A stretch of DNA of 63,191 nt, filler included. It is 5 parts of 5 records of this genome, joined end to end, with 100 filler letters (N's around TTAATTAATTAA, not from the genome) between each part and the next. Parts side by side here need not be neighbours in the genome. Positions count along the whole stretch, not along the records: positions 41,929 to 51,123 come from SRR2962707_2563; positions 51,224 to 63,191 come from SRR2962707_2564; 3 more parts are not named here. One strand, given 5' to 3'. The first letter of the stretch is position 1; every line of letters starts with the position of its first letter. Shown one piece after another: positions 48,930-58,572 of the stretch. A model generated the notes under the pieces. The model was given only the letters and a program-made list of their open reading frames with translations, ran no database searches and had not been told where the DNA came from. The position numbers and the translations under genes were made by a program.

Positions 48930-49685
48930 GTGACACCAAAAATCTTCGCTCTTTCCGCCATGGCCGCAGCACTTGCGGTTTCGGGTTGCACCAGCTCGGG
49001 TTCGGGGCTTCCGCCCTCGCCGCTCAGCTATTCGGCCGTCGGGCTGAACGCCGGTGGCACGGCGGTCGGCAATGGTGCGTTTTCGGCCAATCCGAGCACG
49101 ATCACCGTCGCTGTGGATGGCCGGAACTATACTGTCGGCAATGGCGCGGCGACGCCCGGCCTGCCGGGTGGACTGACGGGGTACACCTATTCCAGCGGTG
49201 GTAATACGGCGGCCTATGTCGGGGGCAGCCATGCGGCGACGGCGCTGACCAGCCCGGCGGGATCGAACGCCGTTTATGCGATTGTCGACGGGCGGGAAAC
49301 GACCGGCAGCCAGATGCAGAACCTGCCCATGCAGGCGGCCAATTACGATGGCGTGTGGGGCATATCGAGCTCGTCGGGCCAGCAGGCGGGCGGGACGTTC
49401 CAGGCGGGGGCGAATTTTGATTCGCGCTCGGTGGGGTTCGAGCTTTACGACCAGTCCGGGCTTGTGGGCGGCGGCAATGGGCGGATCATCGGGACCGGGT
49501 TCACCAGCACGCTCGATACGCGCGATGCGGTCGATCAGGGGCCCAACAACGTCCGGCTCAATTCCAACAACACGATCGATGGCCAGTTCTATGGGCCGCG
49601 GGCCGATGAAATGGCCGGGCTGGTGCGTGGCAATACGACTGACGGCAATGGCGCGACGGCCGGTTATCTGATCGGCACGCAGTAA
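48930..49685 (+). CDS. Surface lipoprotein with TbpB-like C-terminal beta-barrel (Slam cargo)
   Basis: AAGGAGG RBS, lipobox VSGC, Gly/Ser linker, 'ANYDGVW', 'ANFDSRSV', 'DGQFYGPRADEMAG'. Confidence 0.78.
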   Translation: MTPKIFALSAMAAALAVSGCTSSGSGLPPSPLSYSAVGLNAGGTAVGNGAFSANPSTITVAVDGRNYTVGNGAATPGLPGGLTGYTYSSGGNTAAYVGGSHAATALTSPAGSNAVYAIVDGRETTGSQMQNLPMQAANYDGVWGISSSSGQQAGGTFQAGANFDSRSVGFELYDQSGLVGGGNGRIIGTGFTSTLDTRDAVDQGPNNVRLNSNNTIDGQFYGPRADEMAGLVRGNTTDGNGATAGYLIGTQ

Positions 49686-49691
49686 TCTTAG

Positions 49692-49714
49692 GAGGCGGCG
49701 TGCGGCGCCGCCTC
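49692..49714 (+). other. Intergenic GC hairpin without U-tract (possible mRNA stabiliser)
   Basis: GAGGCGGCG-TGCGG-CGCCGCCTC. Confidence 0.5.
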
Positions 49715-49742
49715 AACCCCTTGTAATGCGTATGGGTCTCTG

Positions 49743-51050
49743 ATGGCTTTCTCCAAAATCCTTGCGGCGGGCTTTCTGGCCGGAGCCGTCTTTTTCGGTA
49801 CGGCGACGGGCGTGTTGGCGCAGAGTGTTTCGCTGGCCTCGCTCGATGAGGCCATCGGCGCGGGCGACTGGGTGCGGGCCGAGCAGATCGCGATCCAACT
49901 CGATGCGGAGGCCGGGCAAGGCGACATCATGGCAGCCTATGCAGCTTCGGTGCGGCACGCGCAGTCGGGGCAGTGCGGCGATGCGGTGGTGCTTGCCGAT
50001 CTGGTGATCGGGGCTGTGCCGTTTTTCGTGCCGCCCTATCTCGTGGCGCAGCGGTGTTATTCGGAGCTTGGGCAATCGGAGTTGGCAGCGGCGCGGCTGG
50101 CATCGCTGCAGGCGATCTTGCCCGATGGGCCGGAGCGCGACGTGGTTTCCCAGATGCTCCAGAACGAGCAATCGCGCGGCAAGCCAGTGTTTGGCGGCTA
50201 TTTCACTGTGGCGCCCTCGACCAATGTGAACCGGCAGACCGGGGAAGACACCATCGATGGCGGGGTGTGGGGGCCGGGAGAGATCCCCGAGGAGGCGCGC
50301 GGGCAGCGGGGCGTGCTGTTCAGCCTTGGCGGATCGGTGGCCGTGGAACTGGCGCGGAGCGAGGCGGCGAGCCTTTCGGGCGTGCTGCGCACCGACATAC
50401 GGTATTCGACGGCAGACAAGGTGTTCGAGCCAAGCTTTACGGCTGAACTGCCGGTGACGTTTTCCGTGGGCGAGGCGGCGCGGGCCGTGGTTGCGCCCTA
50501 TGTGACGCTGGGGCTGGAAGAGGACACGCTGGAGCGGACGGAGGTGGGCGTGCGCTCCAGCCTATCGGTGCCGCTAGATGCTTCCCAGCGGCTGGCGTTC
50601 GATCTGAAGCTGGCGGCGGTGGAGCGGCATATCGATCCGGGGCGGTCGGGGATGCTGGCCGATGGGACTGCATCTTATTCGACGTCGCTGGCGCCCAACA
50701 CCAACCTCACGACGACGGCGCGGGCGGTTTACAACCACACCGATGACGAGACCCTGCGCACGCTGGTGGCGACGTTGCGGGCGCGGGTGGATACGCTGTT
50801 CGACAACGGATTGCTGCTTGGGGTCGAAGGGACCATAGGACAGCGCTGGCACTGGCGCCCTGCCCCGTTCCAGCTCGAAGACCAGGTTGACCGATTTGCG
50901 ACGGGGCGGATCGAGGCGAGCCATCGCGACATCACGATCGGGCCGCTGATGCCCTCGATCTATTATGAGTACACCAACAGCTGGTCGGACAATGTGTTTT
51001 ACACATATGACAGCCACGATATCGGGCTGACGCTCAGGGCGAGTTTTTAG
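49743..51050 (+). CDS. Surface lipoprotein assembly modifier (Slam / DUF560, type XI secretion translocon)
   Basis: Signal peptide, TPR-like helical N-domain, 'APSTNVN', amphipathic beta strands, 'SDNVFYTYDSH...RASF' with terminal Phe. Confidence 0.78.
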   Translation: MAFSKILAAGFLAGAVFFGTATGVLAQSVSLASLDEAIGAGDWVRAEQIAIQLDAEAGQGDIMAAYAASVRHAQSGQCGDAVVLADLVIGAVPFFVPPYLVAQRCYSELGQSELAAARLASLQAILPDGPERDVVSQMLQNEQSRGKPVFGGYFTVAPSTNVNRQTGEDTIDGGVWGPGEIPEEARGQRGVLFSLGGSVAVELARSEAASLSGVLRTDIRYSTADKVFEPSFTAELPVTFSVGEAARAVVAPYVTLGLEEDTLERTEVGVRSSLSVPLDASQRLAFDLKLAAVERHIDPGRSGMLADGTASYSTSLAPNTNLTTTARAVYNHTDDETLRTLVATLRARVDTLFDNGLLLGVEGTIGQRWHWRPAPFQLEDQVDRFATGRIEASHRDITIGPLMPSIYYEYTNSWSDNVFYTYDSHDIGLTLRASF

Positions 51051-51100
51051 GGCGTTTGGCGGGGCAAGCTTGGGTGTCGATGTTCGGCGCTGGGGGTACT

Positions 51101-51123
51101 GGATCCCGGATCAGGTCCGGGAT
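51101..51123 (+). repeat. REP/RPE-like palindromic unit at the contig end
   Basis: GGATCCCGGATCAGGTCCGGGAT, similar to the units at 45310-45522. Confidence 0.6.
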
Positions 51124-51223
51124 NNNNNNNNNNNNNNNNNNNNNNNNNNNNNNNNNNNNNNNNNNNNTTAATTAATTAANNNNNNNNNNNNNNNNNNNNN
51201 NNNNNNNNNNNNNNNNNNNNNNN
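51124..51223. other. Artificial contig spacer
   Basis: N-run + TTAATTAATTAA + N-run. Confidence 0.99.
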
Positions 51224-52412
51224 GGGCGGCTATGGCCGCGCCTATTTCAGTGCAACATCGGCACACACATGCACAGGTGATGGCGGCGGCATGACCGCAC
51301 GCGCGGGTCTGCCCCTGCAAGATATGGAATTCGTTCAGTTCCACCCCACCGGCATTTATGGTGCGGGCTGCCTGATCACGGAAGGCGCGCGCGGTGAGGG
51401 GGGTTATTTGACCAACTCCGAAGGCGAACGCTTTATGGAGCGTTATGCGCCGACCTATAAAGATCTTGCCAGTCGTGACGTTGTTTCACGCTGTATGACG
51501 ATGGAAATCCGCGAAGGTCGTGGTGTGGGCGAAAACAAAGACCACATTCACCTGCACCTGAACCACCTGCCCAAAGAAACGCTGGACCTGCGCCTGCCGG
51601 GTATTTCGGAATCCGCGCGTATTTTTGCGGGTGTTGACCTGACCAAGGAGCCGATCCCGGTTCTGCCGACTGTGCACTATAACATGGGCGGCATTCCAAC
51701 GAACTATTGGGGCGAAGTGCTGGCACCGACCGCTGACAAACCCGACAACGTCGCACCCGGTCTGATGGCTGTGGGCGAGGCGGGTTGTGCGTCTGTTCAC
51801 GGTGCAAACCGTCTTGGGTCTAACTCGTTGATCGATTTGGTGGTATTCGGCCGGGCCGCAGCAATTCGTGCCAAGGACATCGTTGACCCGACGACGCCAG
51901 TACCAACACCAAACCAGCGTTCGATCGATGCAGCGTTCAACCGCTTTGACGGTCTGCGTTACGCCAAGGGCGACATCGCAACCGCCGAGCTGCGTCTTGA
52001 GATGCAGAAAACCATGCAGGCCGATGCTGCTGTGTTCCGCACCGACAAGACGCTGAACGAAGGCAAAGTGAAAATGGACGAGGTTGCAGCCAAAACTGCG
52101 GACCTTAAGGTGACGGACAAGTCGCTGGTCTGGAACTCTGACCTGATGGAAACGCTTGAGCTGACCAACCTGATGCCAAACGCTGTGGCAACGATCACGG
52201 CAGCGGCAGCGCGCAAGGAAAGCCGCGGGGCGCACGCCCACGAGGATTATCCTGATCGCGATGACAAAAACTGGCGCAAGCACAGCCTTGTTTGGTTCAA
52301 AGGGAACGAAGCATCCCTTGGCTATCGGGGCGTTCACCTTGATCCTTTGACCACCGAGAAAGAAGGCGGCATCGACCTCAAGAAAATCGCGCCAAAAGCG
52401 CGCGTATACTAA
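51224..52412 (+). CDS. sdhA: Succinate dehydrogenase flavoprotein subunit (5' truncated)
   Basis: [49 protein letters not shown]. Confidence 0.98.
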
Positions 52413-52473
52413 AATCACGGCTCCGGTCCGGCAAACGCTGGGGCGGGGCATGCCCAACATCAAAGGAAACACT

Positions 52474-52872
52474 GTGTCAGTTGCCCAGTATACATTTCAA
52501 AACCCCTTGGGTGGCCTGCGTAACCGCCGGTCCCGTTCGGCAGCGTTTTGCATGGTGTTGGTGGCCGCAGGGCTATCGGCCTGTACACAAGCATCGGAAC
52601 GGGTCGATTCAATCGCGCGCGAAAGCACCAAAGGTGTCGTAACCGAGACCATCGCCACGCGGTTCCCCCAAGTGCCAAAACAGATGATCACCCCTTTCAC
52701 CAACTGCGTGATCGACAATGCCAGCGCCGACGAAGTACGTGTTTTTGCCAGATCGGCCGTGGTCGGTGTGGATGACACGACAGTTGCAACCGTGCGCTCG
52801 ATTTTGTCGCGCCCTGAAACCGTGAACTGCTTGTCGCAAAACAGCCTTGGCGTGACGGGAATTCTTGGCTGA
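52474..52872 (+). CDS. Hypothetical lipoprotein
   Basis: Lipobox LSAC, Cys pair (TNCVIDNA...ETVNC); start approximate. Confidence 0.7.
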   Translation: MSVAQYTFQNPLGGLRNRRSRSAAFCMVLVAAGLSACTQASERVDSIARESTKGVVTETIATRFPQVPKQMITPFTNCVIDNASADEVRVFARSAVVGVDDTTVATVRSILSRPETVNCLSQNSLGVTGILG

Positions 52873-52898
52873 TGGGGGTTGAGGGGGACAGCAACGCG

Positions 52899-53690
52899 AT
52901 GGCGGAGCAGATCGAAGCGGCTGAGATGGACGCCCTGCGCGACCGCTACCGCAACGGATCGCCGCACGAGCGGTCAAAAATCAAGGCATTGCTGGGCCCG
53001 GTTGAGGTTGAATTCGCCGATATCAAGATGGTTGTTGATCCACGTGATAACTATACGGAAACCCGCATGTGGCTTGATGGGTGCCCACCCGAGCTGAAAT
53101 CGTTGGTGGCCGTGGTCGAGTTGGTGGAAGATCGCAATGTGCTGGTGATGGACATCGGCGCGAATTGCGGTGCCTTCACCATTCCGCTGGCGCTTGCTTG
53201 CGGCACGGGATCACGCGTTATTGCGTTTGAACCGAACCCGATCATGATTGGCCGCTTGGGCGTGAACATCCAATTAAACGGCCTGACCGACGTCATCCGG
53301 ATCGAAGGGTGCGCATTGTCGGATCGTGAGGGCGAGGCGCGGCTGAACTTTTGCGGGCATAACTATGGGCAGGCGTCATTGAACGACGTGAAAGCCGGGA
53401 TGCGCAATGGTGCCATCGTAGTGCCCACCCGTCCGCTGGGTCATTTTACGGCTGCGTCGAAAGACCACGATTTTACGCTGATTAAAATCGATGTTGAGGG
53501 GGCTGAAGAAACCGTTCTTGGCCCGATACTGGAAGGCGCGCAGTCAGGTGGATGGCTGCCCGACGCGATCTTGATTGAAGTGCGGCATGCTGATGAATGG
53601 CAGACCGACCTTTGCGAACAAATACTGGCCAGCGGTTTCAAAGAAACGATGCGGGCCGAAGGAAACGCGCTTTACCTTAAGAAAAAGTAA
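52899..53690 (+). CDS. FkbM family SAM-dependent methyltransferase
   Basis: DIGANCG, AFEPNP, ALSD, IKIDVEGAE. Confidence 0.9.
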   Translation: MAEQIEAAEMDALRDRYRNGSPHERSKIKALLGPVEVEFADIKMVVDPRDNYTETRMWLDGCPPELKSLVAVVELVEDRNVLVMDIGANCGAFTIPLALACGTGSRVIAFEPNPIMIGRLGVNIQLNGLTDVIRIEGCALSDREGEARLNFCGHNYGQASLNDVKAGMRNGAIVVPTRPLGHFTAASKDHDFTLIKIDVEGAEETVLGPILEGAQSGGWLPDAILIEVRHADEWQTDLCEQILASGFKETMRAEGNALYLKKK

Positions 53691-53743
53691 GCGCCCGAAT
53701 TTATTGAAAACGGGGTAACGCCCGGCAGACTAGGAGAAGCGAT

Positions 53744-54523
53744 ATGGTTCAACTCACGCTCCCAAAGAATTCCCGGATGACATCCGGTAAGACATGGCCA
53801 AAACCCGAGGGTGCCAAAAACCTCAAGCAGTTCCAGATTTACCGCTGGAACCCTGATGATGGTAAGAACCCTGCCATCGACACCTATTTTGTCGATATGG
53901 ACAGCTGCGGCCCAATGATTTTGGACGCGCTGATCAAGATCAAGAACGAGATCGACCCCACCCTGACATTCCGCCGTTCTTGCCGTGAAGGTATTTGCGG
54001 ATCTTGCGCGATGAACATCGACGGGATCAACACCCTTGCCTGTACGTACGGCGTTGACGAAGTTTCGGGTACAGTCAAGATTTACCCATTGCCGCACATG
54101 CCTGTGGTCAAGGATTTGATCCCCGACCTTACCCATTTCTATGCGCAGCACGCGTCGATCCAGCCCTGGCTTGAAACCAAAACAGCAGCCCCTGCGAAAG
54201 AATGGAAACAGTCGATTGATGACCGCGCCAAGCTGGACGGTCTGTATGAATGCATCATGTGTGCGTGCTGTTCGACATCTTGCCCCAGCTACTGGTGGAA
54301 TGGCGATCGCTACCTTGGGCCAGCCGCCTTGTTGCACGCCTATCGTTGGTTGATCGACAGCCGCGACGAAGCAACTGGCGAGCGTCTGGACGAGCTTGAG
54401 GACCCCTTCAAGCTGTACCGCTGCCACACCATTATGAACTGCGCCAAAACCTGCCCCAAAGGGCTGAACCCCGCAGCAGCAATTGCGAATATCAAAAAGA
54501 TGATGGTCGAACGCACCATCTAA
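53744..54523 (+). CDS. sdhB: Succinate dehydrogenase iron-sulfur subunit
   Basis: [34 protein letters not shown]. Confidence 0.98.
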   Translation: MVQLTLPKNSRMTSGKTWPKPEGAKNLKQFQIYRWNPDDGKNPAIDTYFVDMDSCGPMILDALIKIKNEIDPTLTFRRSCREGICGSCAMNIDGINTLACTYGVDEVSGTVKIYPLPHMPVVKDLIPDLTHFYAQHASIQPWLETKTAAPAKEWKQSIDDRAKLDGLYECIMCACCSTSCPSYWWNGDRYLGPAALLHAYRWLIDSRDEATGERLDELEDPFKLYRCHTIMNCAKTCPKGLNPAAAIANIKKMMVERTI

Positions 54524-54571
54524 TCAGCTTGGCCCATCCCGCGTTTGTCGGGGTGGGCCGGCGGCCTTTCT

Positions 54572-54793
54572 ATGCCTCTTATTCTAATCACATTTATTGT
54601 CGTATTTCTGGCCGTCGCCTATTTCACCCGACGCGGCAAAGATACCCGCGCTTGCCGTTGGCGTAAAAACACGACCCGCGATAAAGATAGCCTGCACTAT
54701 TATCGCTGTGCGGCCTGTGGCGCTGAAGTCTACACCGCGACAAATGGCACCCCGGAAGACTGCAAATCCAAAGTAACCTCACGGCCACTTTGA
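54572..54793 (+). CDS. Small membrane-anchored Cys-rich hypothetical protein
   Basis: N-terminal TM helix; C-RWR...CAACG...P-x2-C. Confidence 0.6.
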   Translation: MPLILITFIVVFLAVAYFTRRGKDTRACRWRKNTTRDKDSLHYYRCAACGAEVYTATNGTPEDCKSKVTSRPL

Positions 54794-54855
54794 ACACGGT
54801 CCTCGACACCAGCGTTGGTCGTCGACTAGCCTTTGTTCTGAGGTAGGGGGGATTC

Positions 54856-56508
54856 ATGACAGATAAAAACTTTAAAGCGGATGTGATTGTAGTGGGTGCT
54901 GGCCTTGCCGGTATGGTGGCCGCACACGAAGCAATTCTGCGCGGACGCCGCGTTTTAATGATAGATCAAGAAGGGGCGCAAAGCCTTGGCGGGCAAGCGT
55001 TTTGGTCGCTTGGTGGGTTGTTCATGGTGGACACGCCCGAACAACGCAGGCTGGGTATCCGCGACAGTGCTGAGCTGGCCTTGCGCGATTGGATGGGTTC
55101 TGCCCAGTTTGATCGCCCCGAGGATGCGAACCCGCTGGCCTATGCCACGCGGTTTGTTGAATGGGCCGCAGGTGATATGCGCGGCTGGCTGCACGGGTTG
55201 GGCATGCGATGGTTTCCCGTTGTCGGCTGGGCGGAACGGGGTGGTTCTATGGCAGGCGGGCACGGAAATTCGGTGCCCCGGTTCCACATCACCTGGGGGA
55301 CAGGCACCGGCGTGGTCGCGCCTTTTGCAAAGCTGATGCACGACTATGCCGCCGCCGGACAGTTGCGCATGGCGTTTCGCCATCAAGTTACCGCGCTTGA
55401 GGTCACAAATGGTGCCGTTTGCGGCGTGTCGGGGAATGTGCTTGAGGCGACAACCAAACTGCGCGGGGAAAGCACGGGCCGTTCCGTCATTGGCACGTTC
55501 AGCTATCAAGCCGAGTCCGTTATTTTGACCACGGGGGGCATTGGTGCCAATCATGATCTGGTCCGTAAACATTGGCCCGCTGATCGTCTGGGCCAGCCGC
55601 CACGCCGTATGGTGTCGGGCGTGCCCGATTACGTGGACGGCAAGATGCATGCAATCGCCGCCAATGCAGGTGCGGGGCTGATCAACGAAGACCGCATGTG
55701 GCACTATTGCGAGGGTGTCGAGAATTGGAGCCCGATCTGGCCCAACCACGGCATTCGCATTTTGCCCGGCCCGTCTTCGATCTGGCTGGATGCGAAAGGC
55801 GACCGGATGGAGGCCCCCTGCATGCCCGGTTTCGACACGTTGTCGACGCTCAAGCGGATATTGCAGGCCGGCGAGCACAGTTGGTTTATCCTGACCCAAA
55901 AGATCATCGAAAAGGAATTTGCGCTGTCAGGGTCCGAACAAAATCCCGACCTGACAGATGGCGGCTGGCGCGATGTGTTGAAAGCGCGGCTTGGCAAAGG
56001 GGCAACGCCCGCTGTCGAAGCGTTCAAGGAAAACGGCGCTGATTTCATCGTCGCTGACAGGTTGGAAGAACTGGTTGCGGGCATGAATAAATTGACCCCG
56101 GATCAGCCGGTTGATCTGGACCATGTGCGCAGCCAGATCGCCGCGCGGGACGGGCAGTTGGACAACCCATTTTCCAAGGACGCGCAGATCACCGCTATCC
56201 ACGGGGCGCGCAATTATCGCGGTGATAAATTGATACGCACGGCCAAACCGCACGCTATTCTGGATGCCCAAAACGGTCCTTTGATCGCGGTGCGGCTGAA
56301 CGTATTGACCCGTAAAAGCTTGGGCGGCCTGCATACCGATCTACAAGGCAGGGTGCTGACCCCACAGGGCGACGTTTTGCAGGGCCTTTTTGCCGCAGGC
56401 GAGGTTTGTGGCTTTGGCGGTGGTGGCTATCATGGGTACAACGCGCTTGAGGGGACATTCCTTGGCGGGTGTCTGTTCTCGGGTCGAACTGCAGGAAAAA
56501 ACGCATGA
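54856..56508 (+). CDS. FAD-binding dehydrogenase (KsdD-like)
   Basis: VVGAGLAG, GGQAFWSLGGLF, HGNSVPRFH, RKSLGGL, HGYNALEGTFLGGC. Confidence 0.9.
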   Translation: MTDKNFKADVIVVGAGLAGMVAAHEAILRGRRVLMIDQEGAQSLGGQAFWSLGGLFMVDTPEQRRLGIRDSAELALRDWMGSAQFDRPEDANPLAYATRFVEWAAGDMRGWLHGLGMRWFPVVGWAERGGSMAGGHGNSVPRFHITWGTGTGVVAPFAKLMHDYAAAGQLRMAFRHQVTALEVTNGAVCGVSGNVLEATTKLRGESTGRSVIGTFSYQAESVILTTGGIGANHDLVRKHWPADRLGQPPRRMVSGVPDYVDGKMHAIAANAGAGLINEDRMWHYCEGVENWSPIWPNHGIRILPGPSSIWLDAKGDRMEAPCMPGFDTLSTLKRILQAGEHSWFILTQKIIEKEFALSGSEQNPDLTDGGWRDVLKARLGKGATPAVEAFKENGADFIVADRLEELVAGMNKLTPDQPVDLDHVRSQIAARDGQLDNPFSKDAQITAIHGARNYRGDKLIRTAKPHAILDAQNGPLIAVRLNVLTRKSLGGLHTDLQGRVLTPQGDVLQGLFAAGEVCGFGGGGYHGYNALEGTFLGGCLFSGRTAGKNA

Positions 56509-57347
56509 ACACACCAAAAGACGCGGCTGCACGGCGCGCGATTAAACCGGTTATCTGCTATCCGGTTGATACCCTTCCAGTGCCTGACATGGCCGCGTAC
56601 CAGAATGCGCGTGCCACGATGACCAAGGTCGACGAAGTTCTGGTGCCGCCGCGTGATGCGGGGTGCTTTACCGTGCCTGCCGGACATTTCTTTCGGATCG
56701 TGAGCGTCGAGGGGTCGCAGGTCGGCGATTTGAACCTGTGGGCGCGCGATAATTTCGCTGAACGGTTCTATTCCGGCAAAACCCGTGCGCTGCATGGCAC
56801 ACACATCACGACCGGCCAGCGGATGTGGGCCAGCTTTCCGTATCTGCGGCCCATGGCAACGATCACCCATGATACGCTGGGCTGGTACGGTAAGGACGAA
56901 TTCGGCGGATCGGTGCATGATGTTATCGGCACGCGCTGCGACCCTTATACCCATCACTTGTTGGCGGGCGGGCAGTACCATCATTGCTGTCATTCCAACT
57001 TGACCCGCGCGTTGGCGAACCATCTAGGCGTTCCCGTGGCCGAGGCCGAACCTCATGTGCATGATGTGTTGAACGTCTTTATGTGCACCGGATTTACCCG
57101 CGACACAGGCCAGTACTTCATGAAGGCAAGCCCGGTTCGGCCCGGTGATTATCTTGAATTCTACGCCGAGATTGATCTGCTGGGCGCGTTAAGCGCGTGT
57201 CCGGGGGGAGACTGTTCGGCCGAGCATTCTTCTGATGTTGCGGCCTGCTATCCGCTGCTGGTCGAAATTTATGAGCCCGAAGCAGGACGCATGGATGCGC
57301 CGACGGAACCCCATGTCAGTGGCTATGACCGATCTCATGGCGTTTGA
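56505..57347 (+). CDS. DUF1989 / urea carboxylase-associated family protein
   Basis: QVGDLNLW, HDVIGTRC, CCHSNL, NVFM, LSACP; ATGA overlap with the upstream gene. Confidence 0.88.
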   Translation: MNTPKDAAARRAIKPVICYPVDTLPVPDMAAYQNARATMTKVDEVLVPPRDAGCFTVPAGHFFRIVSVEGSQVGDLNLWARDNFAERFYSGKTRALHGTHITTGQRMWASFPYLRPMATITHDTLGWYGKDEFGGSVHDVIGTRCDPYTHHLLAGGQYHHCCHSNLTRALANHLGVPVAEAEPHVHDVLNVFMCTGFTRDTGQYFMKASPVRPGDYLEFYAEIDLLGALSACPGGDCSAEHSSDVAACYPLLVEIYEPEAGRMDAPTEPHVSGYDRSHGV

Positions 57348-57348
57348 G

Positions 57349-57376
57349 GCTTAAACCCCTTTGGCGGGGTTTAAGC
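57349..57376. terminator. Hairpin between convergent genes
   Basis: 11-bp IR GCTTAAACCCC / GGGGTTTAAGC. Confidence 0.65.
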
Positions 57377-57389
57377 GTGCCGACGATTA

Positions 57390-58100
57390 TTATGCGTCGG
57401 GAAAGGCGGCTTTCAGCGCGATCTCGACCATGTCGCCAAAGGATTGTTCGCGCTCGGATGCGGGCAGTGCTTCACCGGTTTGCAGGTGGTCGCTGACAGT
57501 GAGTACAGCCAAAGCCCGGCATTTATGGCGCGCGGCCAAGATATAAAGCTCTGCGGCTTCCATCTCTACGCCCAAGACACCGTGGCGCACCATTTGCTCG
57601 TCCAGATCCGGGCGCTCGGCGTAAAACACATCAGACGAATAGATGCCGCCGACATGGGTATTCGTGCCCATTTCTTGCGCCGCTGTAACCGCAGCTTGCA
57701 ACAATGACCAATCGGCACAGGGCGCGAAATTCATTTCACGGAAAATACCAGAAGAAGGGGAGGTGATTGTGGTCGCGGTCATTGCAATGATGACATCGCG
57801 AATTCCGACATGTGGTTGCATGCCGCCACATGACCCGATGCGGATCAATGTCTTGGCCCCATAGGTCGAAATCAGTTCGTTGGCATAGATAGAAAGCGAC
57901 GGCATGCCCATTCCGGATCCCTGAATGGTAACGCGGTGGCCGTTCCATGTGCCGGTAAAGCCAAGCATGCCACGCACTTCGTTCACAAGTTTGGCGTCTT
58001 TCAGAAAAGTCTCTGCCGCCCATTTTGCGCGATAGGGGTCACCAGGCATCAAAACCGTTTCAGCGATTTCACCCTTTTGGGCACCAATATGTGTCGTCAT
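57390..58100 (-). CDS. deoD: Purine nucleoside phosphorylase DeoD
   Basis: [40 protein letters not shown]. Confidence 0.97.
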   Translation of the reverse strand: MTTHIGAQKGEIAETVLMPGDPYRAKWAAETFLKDAKLVNEVRGMLGFTGTWNGHRVTIQGSGMGMPSLSIYANELISTYGAKTLIRIGSCGGMQPHVGIRDVIIAMTATTITSPSSGIFREMNFAPCADWSLLQAAVTAAQEMGTNTHVGGIYSSDVFYAERPDLDEQMVRHGVLGVEMEAAELYILAARHKCRALAVLTVSDHLQTGEALPASEREQSFGDMVEIALKAAFPDA

Positions 58101-58174
58101 TTTGAAAACTACCGTTCAATGTGAAAGAGCGCCCCAGATCATGAGGCGCTCGATTTTACGTTACAGATATAGCC

Positions 58175-58489
58175 TTAGATAGCCAGTTCTTCAGGCGAAA
58201 CGCCTTTGGCTGCCAGTTCGCGGTACCAGTTGGGCTGGCGGCCTTTGCCAGTCCATGTTTGGGTTTTATCAGCCGGATTAGCGTATTTTGCCGCAGCTTT
58301 GGCACCTTTAGATTTTTTGGCACCCGAAGACACCTCATCCAAAGAGAAACCAAATTCAGCGGCCGCTTTTTCAGCAGCTTTACGTGCTTCGACACGATCA
58401 CGTTCATACGCGGATTTAATTGCCGTTTTCACGTCGGTCAACAAAGTCTCAAGCTCTTTATGAGACATGGAGTCTAGTTTAATGCTCAT
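58175..58489 (-). CDS. hns: H-NS family nucleoid-associated protein (HvrA/Spb-like)
   Basis: KYANP...TWTGKGRQPNW DNA-binding motif. Confidence 0.92.
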   Translation of the reverse strand: MSIKLDSMSHKELETLLTDVKTAIKSAYERDRVEARKAAEKAAAEFGFSLDEVSSGAKKSKGAKAAAKYANPADKTQTWTGKGRQPNWYRELAAKGVSPEELAI

Positions 58490-58572
58490 TTTACTCGTCC
58501 CTATTCAGAAAGTGTGTTTTCTGCCTTACGCGAAAAGAATAAACATAAAAAGAAAATAAACTCTGAATCAAA

